The notes under the pieces are model-generated. The model saw only the letters and a list, made by a program, of their open reading frames with translations, ran no database searches and was not told where the DNA came from. A DNA stretch of 64,000 bases, from assembly GCA_963677925.2 (NCBI GenBank), contig CAXXYH010000004.1:1440001-1504000 (forward strand), in the 5' to 3' direction. Of this stretch, positions 19,025 through 28,381 are shown in pieces. A program made the translations under genes and the position numbers. Position 1 is the stretch's first letter. Each line of letters starts with the position of its first letter. This DNA comes from Spirochaetia bacterium. GTDB taxonomy: Bacteria; Spirochaetota; Spirochaetia; UBA9216.

Positions 19025-19951
19025 TTATTCTGAAAAAAAATACTGGACAAAGAGGAAAATAAGCGGCAGTGTTGGAAGCATCAGTATGGTGCTCTGGGCG
19101 ACTGCTCTGGCTGCAAAGGCTGAGTCGTTATGCTCCGCCTGTGACATTATAACTGTAAGAGAACCGGAGGGCAGAGCTGAGAGTATTACTGTCGAAGAGG
19201 CTGTAACCGGATCAATTTTCATAAGTTTCATAAATACTGCAACGATAAGGGGAATAAAGATAAGCCTCATTGTAGAAACCATATAGGCATAGCGATCACA
19301 GAGGATTTCCTTAAAATTGGAGTTTGCTATTTCCCAGCCGATGAGCATCATGGATAGAGGAACCATCATGCCGCCGATGGAACTCAGTGTATACTGTATG
19401 AAATCGGGAAATCTGAATCCTGATAAGTAAATTATTATAGATATTATTGATACATACAGTGTTTTATTGCTGAACAGATTTCTTATACTTATCTTTTCCT
19501 TTCCTGTCAAAAGCATCAGTCCGTAGGAAAAGAAAAACAGTTGAAAACTCATATTATAGGCAACCGTATAGAGAGTTCCTGTTTTTCCGAACATCTCTCC
19601 AAGAAGCGGGAATCCTATGAATCCGACATTGGCGAATACCATTACATTTATAAAAACACTTCTAAACCTTTTATTTACATTCAGTTTTTTTGTGAAAATG
19701 CTCAGGATTACTAAAAACAATAAGAAATAGACTGAGCTTATCAGTAAAACTGACAGCATGCCTATGGCGTTTTCTTTTGAAAAAATTTGTCCGGCAGCGC
19801 TTATAATGTTTACCGGTAGAATAATCTTCACAAGCAGTTCCGAGAGACTGTCCCGCATTTTAATAGTCATGATTCCTCTTTTTGAGAGAACGAATCCGAA
19901 TGCGAGCAGCAGCAGTATTTTACCGAATATGTTAAGCAGTTGTAACAGCAT
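19025..19951 (-). CDS. AEC (auxin efflux carrier) family transporter
   Basis: ~10 TM segments, FANVGFIGFP and PLSMMLIG motifs. Confidence 0.85.
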   Translation of the reverse strand: MLLQLLNIFGKILLLLAFGFVLSKRGIMTIKMRDSLSELLVKIILPVNIISAAGQIFSKENAIGMLSVLLISSVYFLLFLVILSIFTKKLNVNKRFRSVFINVMVFANVGFIGFPLLGEMFGKTGTLYTVAYNMSFQLFFFSYGLMLLTGKEKISIRNLFSNKTLYVSIISIIIYLSGFRFPDFIQYTLSSIGGMMVPLSMMLIGWEIANSNFKEILCDRYAYMVSTMRLIFIPLIVAVFMKLMKIDPVTASSTVILSALPSGSLTVIMSQAEHNDSAFAARAVAQSTILMLPTLPLIFLFVQYFFSE

Positions 19952-20001
19952 GTGAGTATTCCTTCTGAATATGAAAGGTCAAAAGATTTTGTTTCTGCAG
20001 A

Positions 20002-20030
20002 ATGATAGGTAAAGTAAGGAATACTGTCAA
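20002..20030 (-). promoter_or_regulatory. sigma70-type promoter of AEC transporter
   Basis: Minus strand TTGACA-N17-TATCAT. Confidence 0.6.
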
Positions 20031-20074
20031 TAACGAAAAATTACAAAATAAACATAAAGAAAATGAATAAAAAC

Positions 20075-20106
20075 AAAAAAAGCCGCAGACCCGAAGGCCT
20101 GCGGCT
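20075..20106 (-). terminator. Intrinsic terminator of PFOR gene
   Basis: AGCCGCAG...CTGCGGCT stem followed by a T-run on the minus strand. Confidence 0.8.
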
Positions 20107-20154
20107 GAAATGATTACTGGATATCATTATGGACATTCTGCTTTGCAGAATTGA

Positions 20155-23100
20155 TTACATTATATCACCAAGCTTCTTGTAGAAGGCCATTCTCTTCTTA
20201 GCGTCCTCTTCTGCCAGTGCAAAGAGTTCCTCTGCGTGGTCAGGGTTGGTTGCCTGAAGGGCTGTGTATCTTCTTTCACTTCTGATGAAGTCCTGGAATG
20301 AAGCAGTAGGATCTTTAGTTTCCCAGATGAATCTCTTACCCTCTTCCAGTGTCGGATTGTATCTGTAAAGAGGCCAGTAGCCTGCTTCAACGGCACGTTT
20401 TGCTTCAGCCTGTGACTTTGACATATCGATACCGTGGTTGATACATGGTGCATATGCGAAGATGATTGAAGGTCCGTCGTATGCTTCTGCTTCCATGATG
20501 GCTTTCTGAGCCTGAGCCCTGTTTGCTCCCATTGAGATGGATGCAACATATACGTAACCGTAGCTCATACACATGAAGCCCATGTTTTTCTTTGTGAGCT
20601 GCATACCCGCATTAGCAAATTTTGCAACTGCAGCAATCGGAGTGGCCTTCGAAGCCTGTCCTCCGGTGTTTGAGTAAACCTCGGTATCCATAACAAGGAT
20701 GTTGACATTCTTGCCCATGGCTACTACGTGGTCAACACCGCCGTATCCGATGTCATATGCCCATCCGTCACCGCCGAGAATCCATACACTCTTGTCAACA
20801 AAGTAGTCTTTAAGTTCAACCATCTTGTCGAGAGTTTCCTTCATCTCACCTGAAGCCTTTGAAGCCTCAGCTTCAAGAAGTGCACCAAGAGCTTCCTGGC
20901 CGTCAATGGCAGTCTGTTCTACAGATGTCCACATTTCAAGCTGTTTTTTAAGAGCGTCTGCTGAAGCTCCGCTGAGTCCAAGCTGGAGAGCTTTCTCTGC
21001 TTTAAGTTTAAGAAGGTCTCTGTTTGAGTCTACAGCGAGTCTCATACCGAAACCGTATTCAGCATTGTCTTCGAAAAGTGAATTACCCCATGCAGGACCT
21101 CGTCCGTTGGGTTTCTTTGTATAAGGAATAGTCGGGAATGTTCCGCCGTAGATTGAAGAACATCCTGTTGCGTTGGCAACAACCATTCTGTCTCCGCAGA
21201 CCTGAGTTACAAGTTTAACGTAGGGAGTCTCACCACAGCCGGCACATGCACCGGAGAACTCGAACAGAGGCTGTCTGAACTGCATTCCCTTAACATTCTC
21301 TTCTGATGATCCGTCAAGGGCACCGTAGGGGAGTGTCTCAAAGAAGGCTTCGTTTGCAGTTTCACCTGCAGCTCTTTCAACTTCGAGGGTACTCCATTCA
21401 AGAGCCTTTGTCTTTGCAGGACATGTTTCAATACATACACCGCATCCCTGACAGTCTTCAATGAACATCTGAATCTTGTACATGTATTCCTTGTCTTTGG
21501 ATGCCTTGTATTTAACAGCATCAAAAGTATCAGGAGCACCTGTCATCTTATCAGTTTCGATCATCTTTGTTCTGATTGCAGCATGGGGACATGACTGAAC
21601 ACACTGGTTACACTGAATACAGTTTTCACCGAGCCAGTTCGGAACACGTGGTGCAACACCGCGTTTTTCAAGCTTTGTTGTTCCGGTAGGCAGTGTGCCG
21701 TCGTATGACATCTGTGAAACAGGGATGTCATTGCCCTTGAGGTGCATTATTTTTTCAACAATGTTCTTTGCAAAATCATCCGCATCGTCTTTAATCAGCT
21801 TGGGAGCTGTATAGCACTTTCCGGGTAACGATGCAGGAACTTCAACTTTCTTAAGAGCTGCAGCAGACTGATCAATAGCGTTCCAGTTCATCTTAACGAT
21901 GTCGTCACCCTTCTTTGCGAAGGTTTTCTTTGCAGCAGCTTTCATCAGGTCGATTGCTTCTTTTTCAGGAAGGATACCTGAAATCTTGAAGAACGCAGCC
22001 TGCATAACAGTATTTGTTCTGTTTCCAAGACCTACTTCTTCAGCAACGTCATATGCGTTCATGCAGTAGAAGTTGATCTTTTTATCGATCATTATCTGCT
22101 GTTCTTCTTCGGTGAGGGTATAGAATACCTCATCAGCAGGAACCAGCGCATTCAGAAGGAAAACACCGCCTTCCTTAAGAGGCCCGAGCATATCATATCG
22201 TCCGATATAAGCAGGGTTTGAACATGCGACGAAGTCTGCCTTTGTAATGAGCCATGGAAAGTTAACCTGACTCTTGCCGAATCTAAGGTGAGAAACTGTG
22301 ATACCGCCTGACTTCTTTGAGTCATAGTCAAAGTATCCCTGTGCGTTCATATCAGTGTTGTCACCGATGATTTTGATTGAGTTTTTGTTGGCACCTACAG
22401 TACCGTCTGAACCCAGACCCCAGAACATACAGGAAACAACGTCTGAAGGAATTGCATCAATTTCTTCTTTAACATCGATTGATTTGTTGCTAACATCATC
22501 TTTGATTCCAACTGTGAATCCGTTGAAAGCTGCTCCGTCAAGGTGATCAAGAACTGCTTTAACATGTGAGGGTGTAAATTCCTTTGAAGAAAGACCGTAG
22601 CGTCCGCCGACTACCTTGATGTCTTTTCCTGCAAGAACAGCAGCAACATCAAGGAAGAGCGGTTCACCCAGTGAGCCGGGCTCTTTTGTTCTGTCAAGAA
22701 CAGCAATCTTCTTAACGCTTGCAGGAATAGCATCAACAAATGCTTCTGCAGAGAATGGTCTGTAAAGTCTTACCTTGATGGCTCCGACTTTTTCACCCTT
22801 TGCAACAAGGGAATTAACAGTTAATTCAATAGTATCGCAGGCGCTTCCCATAGCTATGATGATTTTTTCAGCATCAGGAGCTCCAACATAATCAAAAAGG
22901 TGATACTGGCGGCCGGTAATTTTGGCAACCTTGTCCATATATTCCTGTACCATTGCAGGAACAGCATCGTAGTAGTTGTTTGAAGTTTCACGGCCCTGGA
23001 AGTAAACATCAGGGTTCTGAGCAGCAACCTTTACAATAGGAGCTTCAGGTTTCATTGCTCTTGAGCGGAACTTTTCGATGTATTTGGGTTCAATCAGTGA

Positions 23101-23679
23101 TTTGATATCATCGTATGATATCTCTTCAACCTTCATGATCTCGTGTGAGGTTCTGAATCCGTCGAAAAATGCAAGGAATGGTATCTCTGATTTAAGTGTT
23201 GCAAGATGAGCAACAAGAGCCATATCCATTGTTTCCTGAATGTTTGATGCAGCAGTCATTGCGAAACCGGTGTTTCTTGTTGACATTACGTCGGAGTGAT
23301 CTCCGAAGATTGAGAGTGATTGTGCTGCAAGTGATCTTGCAGAAACATGGAAAACTGTCGGAAGCATTTCTCCGGCAATCTTATGCATATTCGGAATCAT
23401 TAAAAGCAGCCCCTGAGAAGCAGTAAAAGTAGTGGTGAGAGCGCCACCGCTAAGTGCTCCGTGAACAGCACCTGCCGCACCGGCTTCGGACTGCATTTCC
23501 ATGACGTCTACAATTTTTCCGTAAACGTTTTCTCTTCCTGTGGATGCCCAGGAATCAGCGTATTCTCCCATAGGAGACGATGGTGTAATCGGGTAAATAG
23601 CGGCAACTTCGCTGAAAGCATAGGCCACATGCGCAGCTGCACTATTACCGTCAATGGTAACCATTTTCTTATCAGCCAT
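20155..23679 (-). CDS. nifJ: Pyruvate:ferredoxin (flavodoxin) oxidoreductase
   Basis: YPITPSS, EMQSEAGAAG, two CxxCxxC ferredoxin motifs, FSGACAGCGE, GGDGWAYDIG; start MADKK at 23679. Confidence 0.97.
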   Translation of the reverse strand: MADKKMVTIDGNSAAAHVAYAFSEVAAIYPITPSSPMGEYADSWASTGRENVYGKIVDVMEMQSEAGAAGAVHGALSGGALTTTFTASQGLLLMIPNMHKIAGEMLPTVFHVSARSLAAQSLSIFGDHSDVMSTRNTGFAMTAASNIQETMDMALVAHLATLKSEIPFLAFFDGFRTSHEIMKVEEISYDDIKSLIEPKYIEKFRSRAMKPEAPIVKVAAQNPDVYFQGRETSNNYYDAVPAMVQEYMDKVAKITGRQYHLFDYVGAPDAEKIIIAMGSACDTIELTVNSLVAKGEKVGAIKVRLYRPFSAEAFVDAIPASVKKIAVLDRTKEPGSLGEPLFLDVAAVLAGKDIKVVGGRYGLSSKEFTPSHVKAVLDHLDGAAFNGFTVGIKDDVSNKSIDVKEEIDAIPSDVVSCMFWGLGSDGTVGANKNSIKIIGDNTDMNAQGYFDYDSKKSGGITVSHLRFGKSQVNFPWLITKADFVACSNPAYIGRYDMLGPLKEGGVFLLNALVPADEVFYTLTEEEQQIMIDKKINFYCMNAYDVAEEVGLGNRTNTVMQAAFFKISGILPEKEAIDLMKAAAKKTFAKKGDDIVKMNWNAIDQSAAALKKVEVPASLPGKCYTAPKLIKDDADDFAKNIVEKIMHLKGNDIPVSQMSYDGTLPTGTTKLEKRGVAPRVPNWLGENCIQCNQCVQSCPHAAIRTKMIETDKMTGAPDTFDAVKYKASKDKEYMYKIQMFIEDCQGCGVCIETCPAKTKALEWSTLEVERAAGETANEAFFETLPYGALDGSSEENVKGMQFRQPLFEFSGACAGCGETPYVKLVTQVCGDRMVVANATGCSSIYGGTFPTIPYTKKPNGRGPAWGNSLFEDNAEYGFGMRLAVDSNRDLLKLKAEKALQLGLSGASADALKKQLEMWTSVEQTAIDGQEALGALLEAEASKASGEMKETLDKMVELKDYFVDKSVWILGGDGWAYDIGYGGVDHVVAMGKNVNILVMDTEVYSNTGGQASKATPIAAVAKFANAGMQLTKKNMGFMCMSYGYVYVASISMGANRAQAQKAIMEAEAYDGPSIIFAYAPCINHGIDMSKSQAEAKRAVEAGYWPLYRYNPTLEEGKRFIWETKDPTASFQDFIRSERRYTALQATNPDHAEELFALAEEDAKKRMAFYKKLGDIM

Positions 23680-23719
23680 TTGTATCCCTTCCAAAAATTA
23701 AATTTATTGTTGTTCAATT

Positions 23720-23748
23720 ATTATAGTGGTTTGAGGTAAAAGATACAA
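23720..23748 (-). promoter_or_regulatory. sigma70-type promoter of nifJ
   Basis: Minus strand TTGTAT-N17-TATAAT. Confidence 0.65.
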
Positions 23749-23774
23749 GGATCGAGGCACATCTGAGCTAAATA

Positions 23775-24992
23775 TCAGACAAAGGATTTTTTTCTTGACA
23801 TTAGTGCAGAAATTGTTACTGCAGGAAGAATCATGAATATGATGCTGGTTATGTTGTCCTGATAAATTGCAGGAATGATTTTCAGAAGCAGCGCAATAAT
23901 TGTACATGCTGCAGTGAAGCTCCAGCATCTTCGCAGACTTATATACGCTGATTTTTTTCCTGCCGCCACCCGTATTGATTGAATCAGGGTAACGAATAAA
24001 AAGGGATTGATGAATATCAGGTTCTGATTCCAGTATGAAAAAGCGTGGTCTGTAAACAGGGCCATAAACAGAAGCAGTGAGCCTGTAAGTGCCAGGGCAA
24101 GCGAGAGCATGGCGCTGAAGACCCCGAATAATCTGTTGAACAGATTATTTCTTCGTCCGGCAAGAAGCAGGGCTGCAGAAATTACAGCTCCCATAATTCC
24201 GGAAAGCAGGCCCAGCGGCCATGCAGCCCCTGCGTGTTCGGGGATCTCAACCCTGCCCTGTGCCTCATTAAGCACTTCCCGGCTGGCTACCAGGGGAACT
24301 GATTCTCCCTTTGAATCTGTTATCACCAGTGTCTTTATGTTTTTCTCAAGTTCTGCCGGAAGATACATTTCATCCCATACCAGAATCTCCCGATCTATTG
24401 ACCCGTTTATAGCGAAATTCAACAGCCAGTCCATATAGGGGCTTCCGGTGGTAAAGCGTCTGAAGTCTTCTCTTATTGTATACTCTGATTTATCAAGCGA
24501 GGCAGCGTGGAGTTCTCCGTCAAGAACCATATCAATGGCATCCCGGATTCTGGTTGAGCAGTTATCATAGAAGTGATCATACAGATAAACCCGGTTGTCG
24601 GGCTTGATTTCCTCCTCAAGAAAATCCCTGAGGGCTGAAGCCTGTTCCCTGCTCAGGTTAAGTTCATAACGGGTAATATCGCGGTTAAGCATCATGCCGT
24701 ATCTGTACTGGCCGCCCGGACTGCTTGCAGCCTTCAGAAAATACAGACGGCCCATAACAAAATTTCTAACGAAAGAATCCTGATCGAAACTGAAATTGCC
24801 GTAGTCGTAGTATCGGGCATGTCCGTTTGATATATCCTCGATAACTATTGCTACATGTCCCCACCAGGAATACAGCTCATCGGCCGGACCGTTAAAAACA
24901 AGGCTTACCTTAAGATTGTCCTGAGATGCGGCAAATGCCTGAGCAGAAATTAAAAGGGAAAAAAATAAAACCAGAGTTTTTTTAATAGTCAT
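23775..24992 (-). CDS. DUF4105-domain membrane protein (Lnb-like lipoprotein N-acyltransferase candidate)
   Basis: Signal peptide; WGHVAI, YDYGNFSF, YLYDHFYDNCSTRIRD; C-terminal multi-TM region. Confidence 0.75.
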   Translation of the reverse strand: MTIKKTLVLFFSLLISAQAFAASQDNLKVSLVFNGPADELYSWWGHVAIVIEDISNGHARYYDYGNFSFDQDSFVRNFVMGRLYFLKAASSPGGQYRYGMMLNRDITRYELNLSREQASALRDFLEEEIKPDNRVYLYDHFYDNCSTRIRDAIDMVLDGELHAASLDKSEYTIREDFRRFTTGSPYMDWLLNFAINGSIDREILVWDEMYLPAELEKNIKTLVITDSKGESVPLVASREVLNEAQGRVEIPEHAGAAWPLGLLSGIMGAVISAALLLAGRRNNLFNRLFGVFSAMLSLALALTGSLLLFMALFTDHAFSYWNQNLIFINPFLFVTLIQSIRVAAGKKSAYISLRRCWSFTAACTIIALLLKIIPAIYQDNITSIIFMILPAVTISALMSRKKSFV

Positions 24993-26532
24993 ATAAGAGC
25001 CTCATGTAGTCCAGGCCGGCAAATCCGTCTATAAGATTTTTCTGTACATGTGCCGGGTCGCCGGTTCGGGATGTTTCAAATTCTGAATTCAGAATATCTG
25101 CTGCCTTTTTAATAGTCAATGCATGGTTCTCCGGACTGAATCCGTTTGTGTCCGGAATAACTCCGGCATCTGCAGTATCCAGAAGTCTGTAGAGCTCGCT
25201 GAATGTTTTTTTGTTCAGTTCATTAAGAGCCTTTCGGTAATCAGCGGAGCCGGCAGCCTTTTTAAGGCAGTTCAACTGTTCCACAACCGGAAGGTATGCA
25301 TAATCCGCTATATCTGCAGTGAATTCAGATTCAATAATTTCTTTCAGTTCGGCAATTCTTGAATCAGTGAGATAGACTGAAATACTTTCAAGCTTTTTCA
25401 GATACAAGTCTTTAAGTACTGAAACAGTCCGGCTGTCCACCGGAACATCGAACCTGTCATAAAAACAGTTTTCATGGTTTCTTAACAGCGGTTCAAGTCC
25501 GCCCATGGTCTCAAGACTTCTTGCAAACAGCGGAATCTGCCACTGTACCGAATTGATAAACAGGTAACCGAATCCTTCCTGGACTGATGTTGAAACTATC
25601 AGGTCCGAAATTCCGGGCATCTGTTCGTATGAGGGAATGCTGTCATCCTTTGCAAGTCCAGTACCGAAAATTCCGGGAATAAGTCCATTTGAGAAACTTT
25701 CAGCACACAGATCAGAATATTGTTTTTCCTGGGATGAGACTCCGGGAAGACTGACAATCAGATTGACCGCAGCTTCTGATGCCGATGCAATAAGTCCAGC
25801 TTCAAGGATATTTTTGCGCCGGATCGATCTCACCGGATAGAATAGAATCTTTCCATCTTCAGAAAGCCGCGGAAAATCCTGTTTAAAGCAGGCAAACAGG
25901 TCTTTTCGCAGTTTCAGACGCTGCTGTTCAGAAGGTTTCTGCACAGGTTCTGTGCTTTCCACAGGGTTATTGAGCAGCAGTACCTGTTTTTCAGGAATCC
26001 CGGCAGCAATCAGCATGTCCCTGTCCCGGCTGTTAATAAGGCAGTAAACTATGTTGGGCCGTGCGGGGTATGGATCTCCAATCAGCGGAATACTTATCGC
26101 TTCAAGGTTGTCGTACCGGGCGCATTCGGGAAAGTCGTGAATGTGCAGTATGAACTTCTGCTGAGGATAATTTCTTATTATATGCAGTACTGCTGCGGTA
26201 AAAAGCGGGTTCTTCCCAAGCTGAAAATTATGAATCCACCAGACTGTGCCGCTGAAGTTGTTAAGCAGTTTATCCGAAAGAGCTTTTACCTCTTCTTCGC
26301 CGAAGCTGAGGCTGGAATCACGATAATAGATTTCGGGTATTATCTTGATATCAACATCATCAGGGCTGTGCAGGCTGTTTTTCACCTTTTCGGTATTTTC
26401 TTCACATCCGGCTGCGATGGTGATCTTCACCGTTTCGGGATAGTATTTTAACAGGGAGTTAATTCCGAGCATAATTACGCTTGTTACGCCGCCGGGAAGA
26501 AGATGGTAATGAAAAACAGTAAAGCCGTTCAG
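24982..26532 (-). CDS. Glycosyltransferase, GT-B/GT4-like (probable CTG start)
   Basis: FHYHLLPGGVTSVI lies 5' of the track ATG; HNFQLGKNP, HIHDFPE, YPVRSIRRKNILE, STSVQEGFGYLF. Confidence 0.75.
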   Translation of the reverse strand: MNGFTVFHYHLLPGGVTSVIMLGINSLLKYYPETVKITIAAGCEENTEKVKNSLHSPDDVDIKIIPEIYYRDSSLSFGEEEVKALSDKLLNNFSGTVWWIHNFQLGKNPLFTAAVLHIIRNYPQQKFILHIHDFPECARYDNLEAISIPLIGDPYPARPNIVYCLINSRDRDMLIAAGIPEKQVLLLNNPVESTEPVQKPSEQQRLKLRKDLFACFKQDFPRLSEDGKILFYPVRSIRRKNILEAGLIASASEAAVNLIVSLPGVSSQEKQYSDLCAESFSNGLIPGIFGTGLAKDDSIPSYEQMPGISDLIVSTSVQEGFGYLFINSVQWQIPLFARSLETMGGLEPLLRNHENCFYDRFDVPVDSRTVSVLKDLYLKKLESISVYLTDSRIAELKEIIESEFTADIADYAYLPVVEQLNCLKKAAGSADYRKALNELNKKTFSELYRLLDTADAGVIPDTNGFSPENHALTIKKAADILNSEFETSRTGDPAHVQKNLIDGFAGLDYMRLLYDY

Positions 26533-26642
26533 AAGCTCCTCCGCTTCCGATTCTAAATTAATATCAGGTTAAATTACAAGCTGTTTATATTCAGGCCTCA
26601 ATAATGAGTTGATTTTCTACCTGTATCCGTTAAACTTTAAAT

Positions 26643-28361
26643 ATGAATACAAAGATAAGAGAACTTTTAACATTTATCTATGGTGAAGATGTCGGGAAAG
26701 AAACAGAAACCCGCCTGGAATCTCTTGTGTCCCGTCGAATGACAAACATCGAAAAACCTTCCAACTGCGGTGCAGGACTGCTTCCGCTTGATGAGAAGGA
26801 TGCTTTTGTAATTACCTACGGAGATCAGTTTCAGAAAAAGGGCCAGTCGCATATGAAGACGCTGGGTGAGTTTTTTAAGCAGGAAACTTCCGACTTTCTT
26901 TCCGGTGTTCATATTCTTCCCTTTTTCCCCTATACCTCTGATGACGGATTTTCAATAGTTGATTATATGGAAGTTAATCCGGACTGGGGAGACTGGAATG
27001 ACGTTGAGGGGATCGGCAAAAACTTTAAGCTTATGAGTGATCTGGTTCTAAACCACTGCTCGGCAAGCTCGGAGTGGTTTAAGTCATATCTGGCCTGTGA
27101 GGGCAAATACAAAGGGTATTTTATTGATGTTCCGGAAGATACTGATGTGTCGATGGTTTTCCGCCCTAGGGCGCTTCCCCTGCTGACAGCCTTCGATACC
27201 GCAGAGGGTAAAAAGCATGTCTGGACGACTTTCAGTGCCGATCAGGTCGATCTGAATTTCGGTAATCCTGATATTATGCTGGAAATGATCGATGTTTTTC
27301 TGTTTCATGTTCAGAAGGGTATTCAGGTTATAAGACTTGATGCAATTGCCTACCTGTGGAAGGAGCTTGGCCACTCATGTCTGCACCATCCAAAAACGCA
27401 TGCGGCTGTACAGCTTTTCAGGGCTGTTGTCGATGAGTTTGTACCATGGGTTGTAATAATTACTGAAACTAACGTTCCCCACAGGGAAAACATCTCATAT
27501 TTCGGAAACGGCACCGACGAAGCCCAGATGATCTACCAGTTCGCCCTCCCGCCGATTGTTCTGGATGCATTTCTGAGGGAGGACGCGGGACATTTGAAGA
27601 CCTGGGCCAGGGAGCTTCCGCAGCCTGACGGCAGAACCACATATTTTAATTTTCTGGCCTCTCATGACGGCGTCGGACTTCTTCCGGCCAGGGGCATACT
27701 GACTGAGGATGAACTTGAAGGGCTTATAGCCAGTGTTAAAGACCGTGGCGGACTTATTTCCTACAAGGCGACAGCAACCGGGGATATTCCCTATGAAATG
27801 AATGTTAATTACTGTGACGCGGTTGCGGAAAAAGAGCTGCCCGCAGTTTCCCGTTCCAGGAAATTTCTTGCCTCTCAGTCAATCCTTCTCGGATTTCCAG
27901 GCGTGCCCGGAATCTATGTACATAGTCTGATAGGATCAGGCAACTGGAAAGAAGGCGTGTCTGTAACCGGAATGAACCGGACCATAAACAGACAGAAGCT
28001 TGATTTTGATGAAGTTACTGCAGAGCTTTCCGACCCTGCATCTTTCAGGGCCCTTGTATTCAGCGGATACCGGAAGATGCTTGCTGCCAGACGTCAGAAT
28101 ATGGCCTTTCATCCCTCATCAGCCTTCAATATTGTAAATTCCTCCGAATCTGTACTTGCTTTTGAGCGGGAATCTGATGAAACAGGTGATAAGGTTCTCT
28201 GTCTTGTAAACCTCTCATCAAAGCAGCAGGAGCAGAAGATTGGGCACACTGCTATGCGTGATATAATTACTGATACAGCAATTCTGCAGGGAAGCAGCAG
28301 GTTTAACGGTGAAAATATTTTACTCGAACCATGGGAAGTTTTGTGGCTGATTCGCGAATAA
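26643..28361 (+). CDS. GH13_18 sugar phosphorylase, probably glucosylglycerate phosphorylase
   Basis: ITYGDQ, HILPFFPYTSDDGF, RLDAIAYLWK, ITETN, ASHDG, PYEMN. TETN and YEMN match the GGaP/YcjM type rather than sucrose phosphorylase (EIH / YQ). Confidence 0.8.
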   Translation: MNTKIRELLTFIYGEDVGKETETRLESLVSRRMTNIEKPSNCGAGLLPLDEKDAFVITYGDQFQKKGQSHMKTLGEFFKQETSDFLSGVHILPFFPYTSDDGFSIVDYMEVNPDWGDWNDVEGIGKNFKLMSDLVLNHCSASSEWFKSYLACEGKYKGYFIDVPEDTDVSMVFRPRALPLLTAFDTAEGKKHVWTTFSADQVDLNFGNPDIMLEMIDVFLFHVQKGIQVIRLDAIAYLWKELGHSCLHHPKTHAAVQLFRAVVDEFVPWVVIITETNVPHRENISYFGNGTDEAQMIYQFALPPIVLDAFLREDAGHLKTWARELPQPDGRTTYFNFLASHDGVGLLPARGILTEDELEGLIASVKDRGGLISYKATATGDIPYEMNVNYCDAVAEKELPAVSRSRKFLASQSILLGFPGVPGIYVHSLIGSGNWKEGVSVTGMNRTINRQKLDFDEVTAELSDPASFRALVFSGYRKMLAARRQNMAFHPSSAFNIVNSSESVLAFERESDETGDKVLCLVNLSSKQQEQKIGHTAMRDIITDTAILQGSSRFNGENILLEPWEVLWLIRE

Positions 28362-28381
28362 TCTGATATTATATCTTCCGT

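Noticed and set aside
26643-28361. Sucrose phosphorylase
   Set aside because: Specificity motifs read TETN and YEMN instead of the EIH / YQ pattern of sucrose phosphorylases
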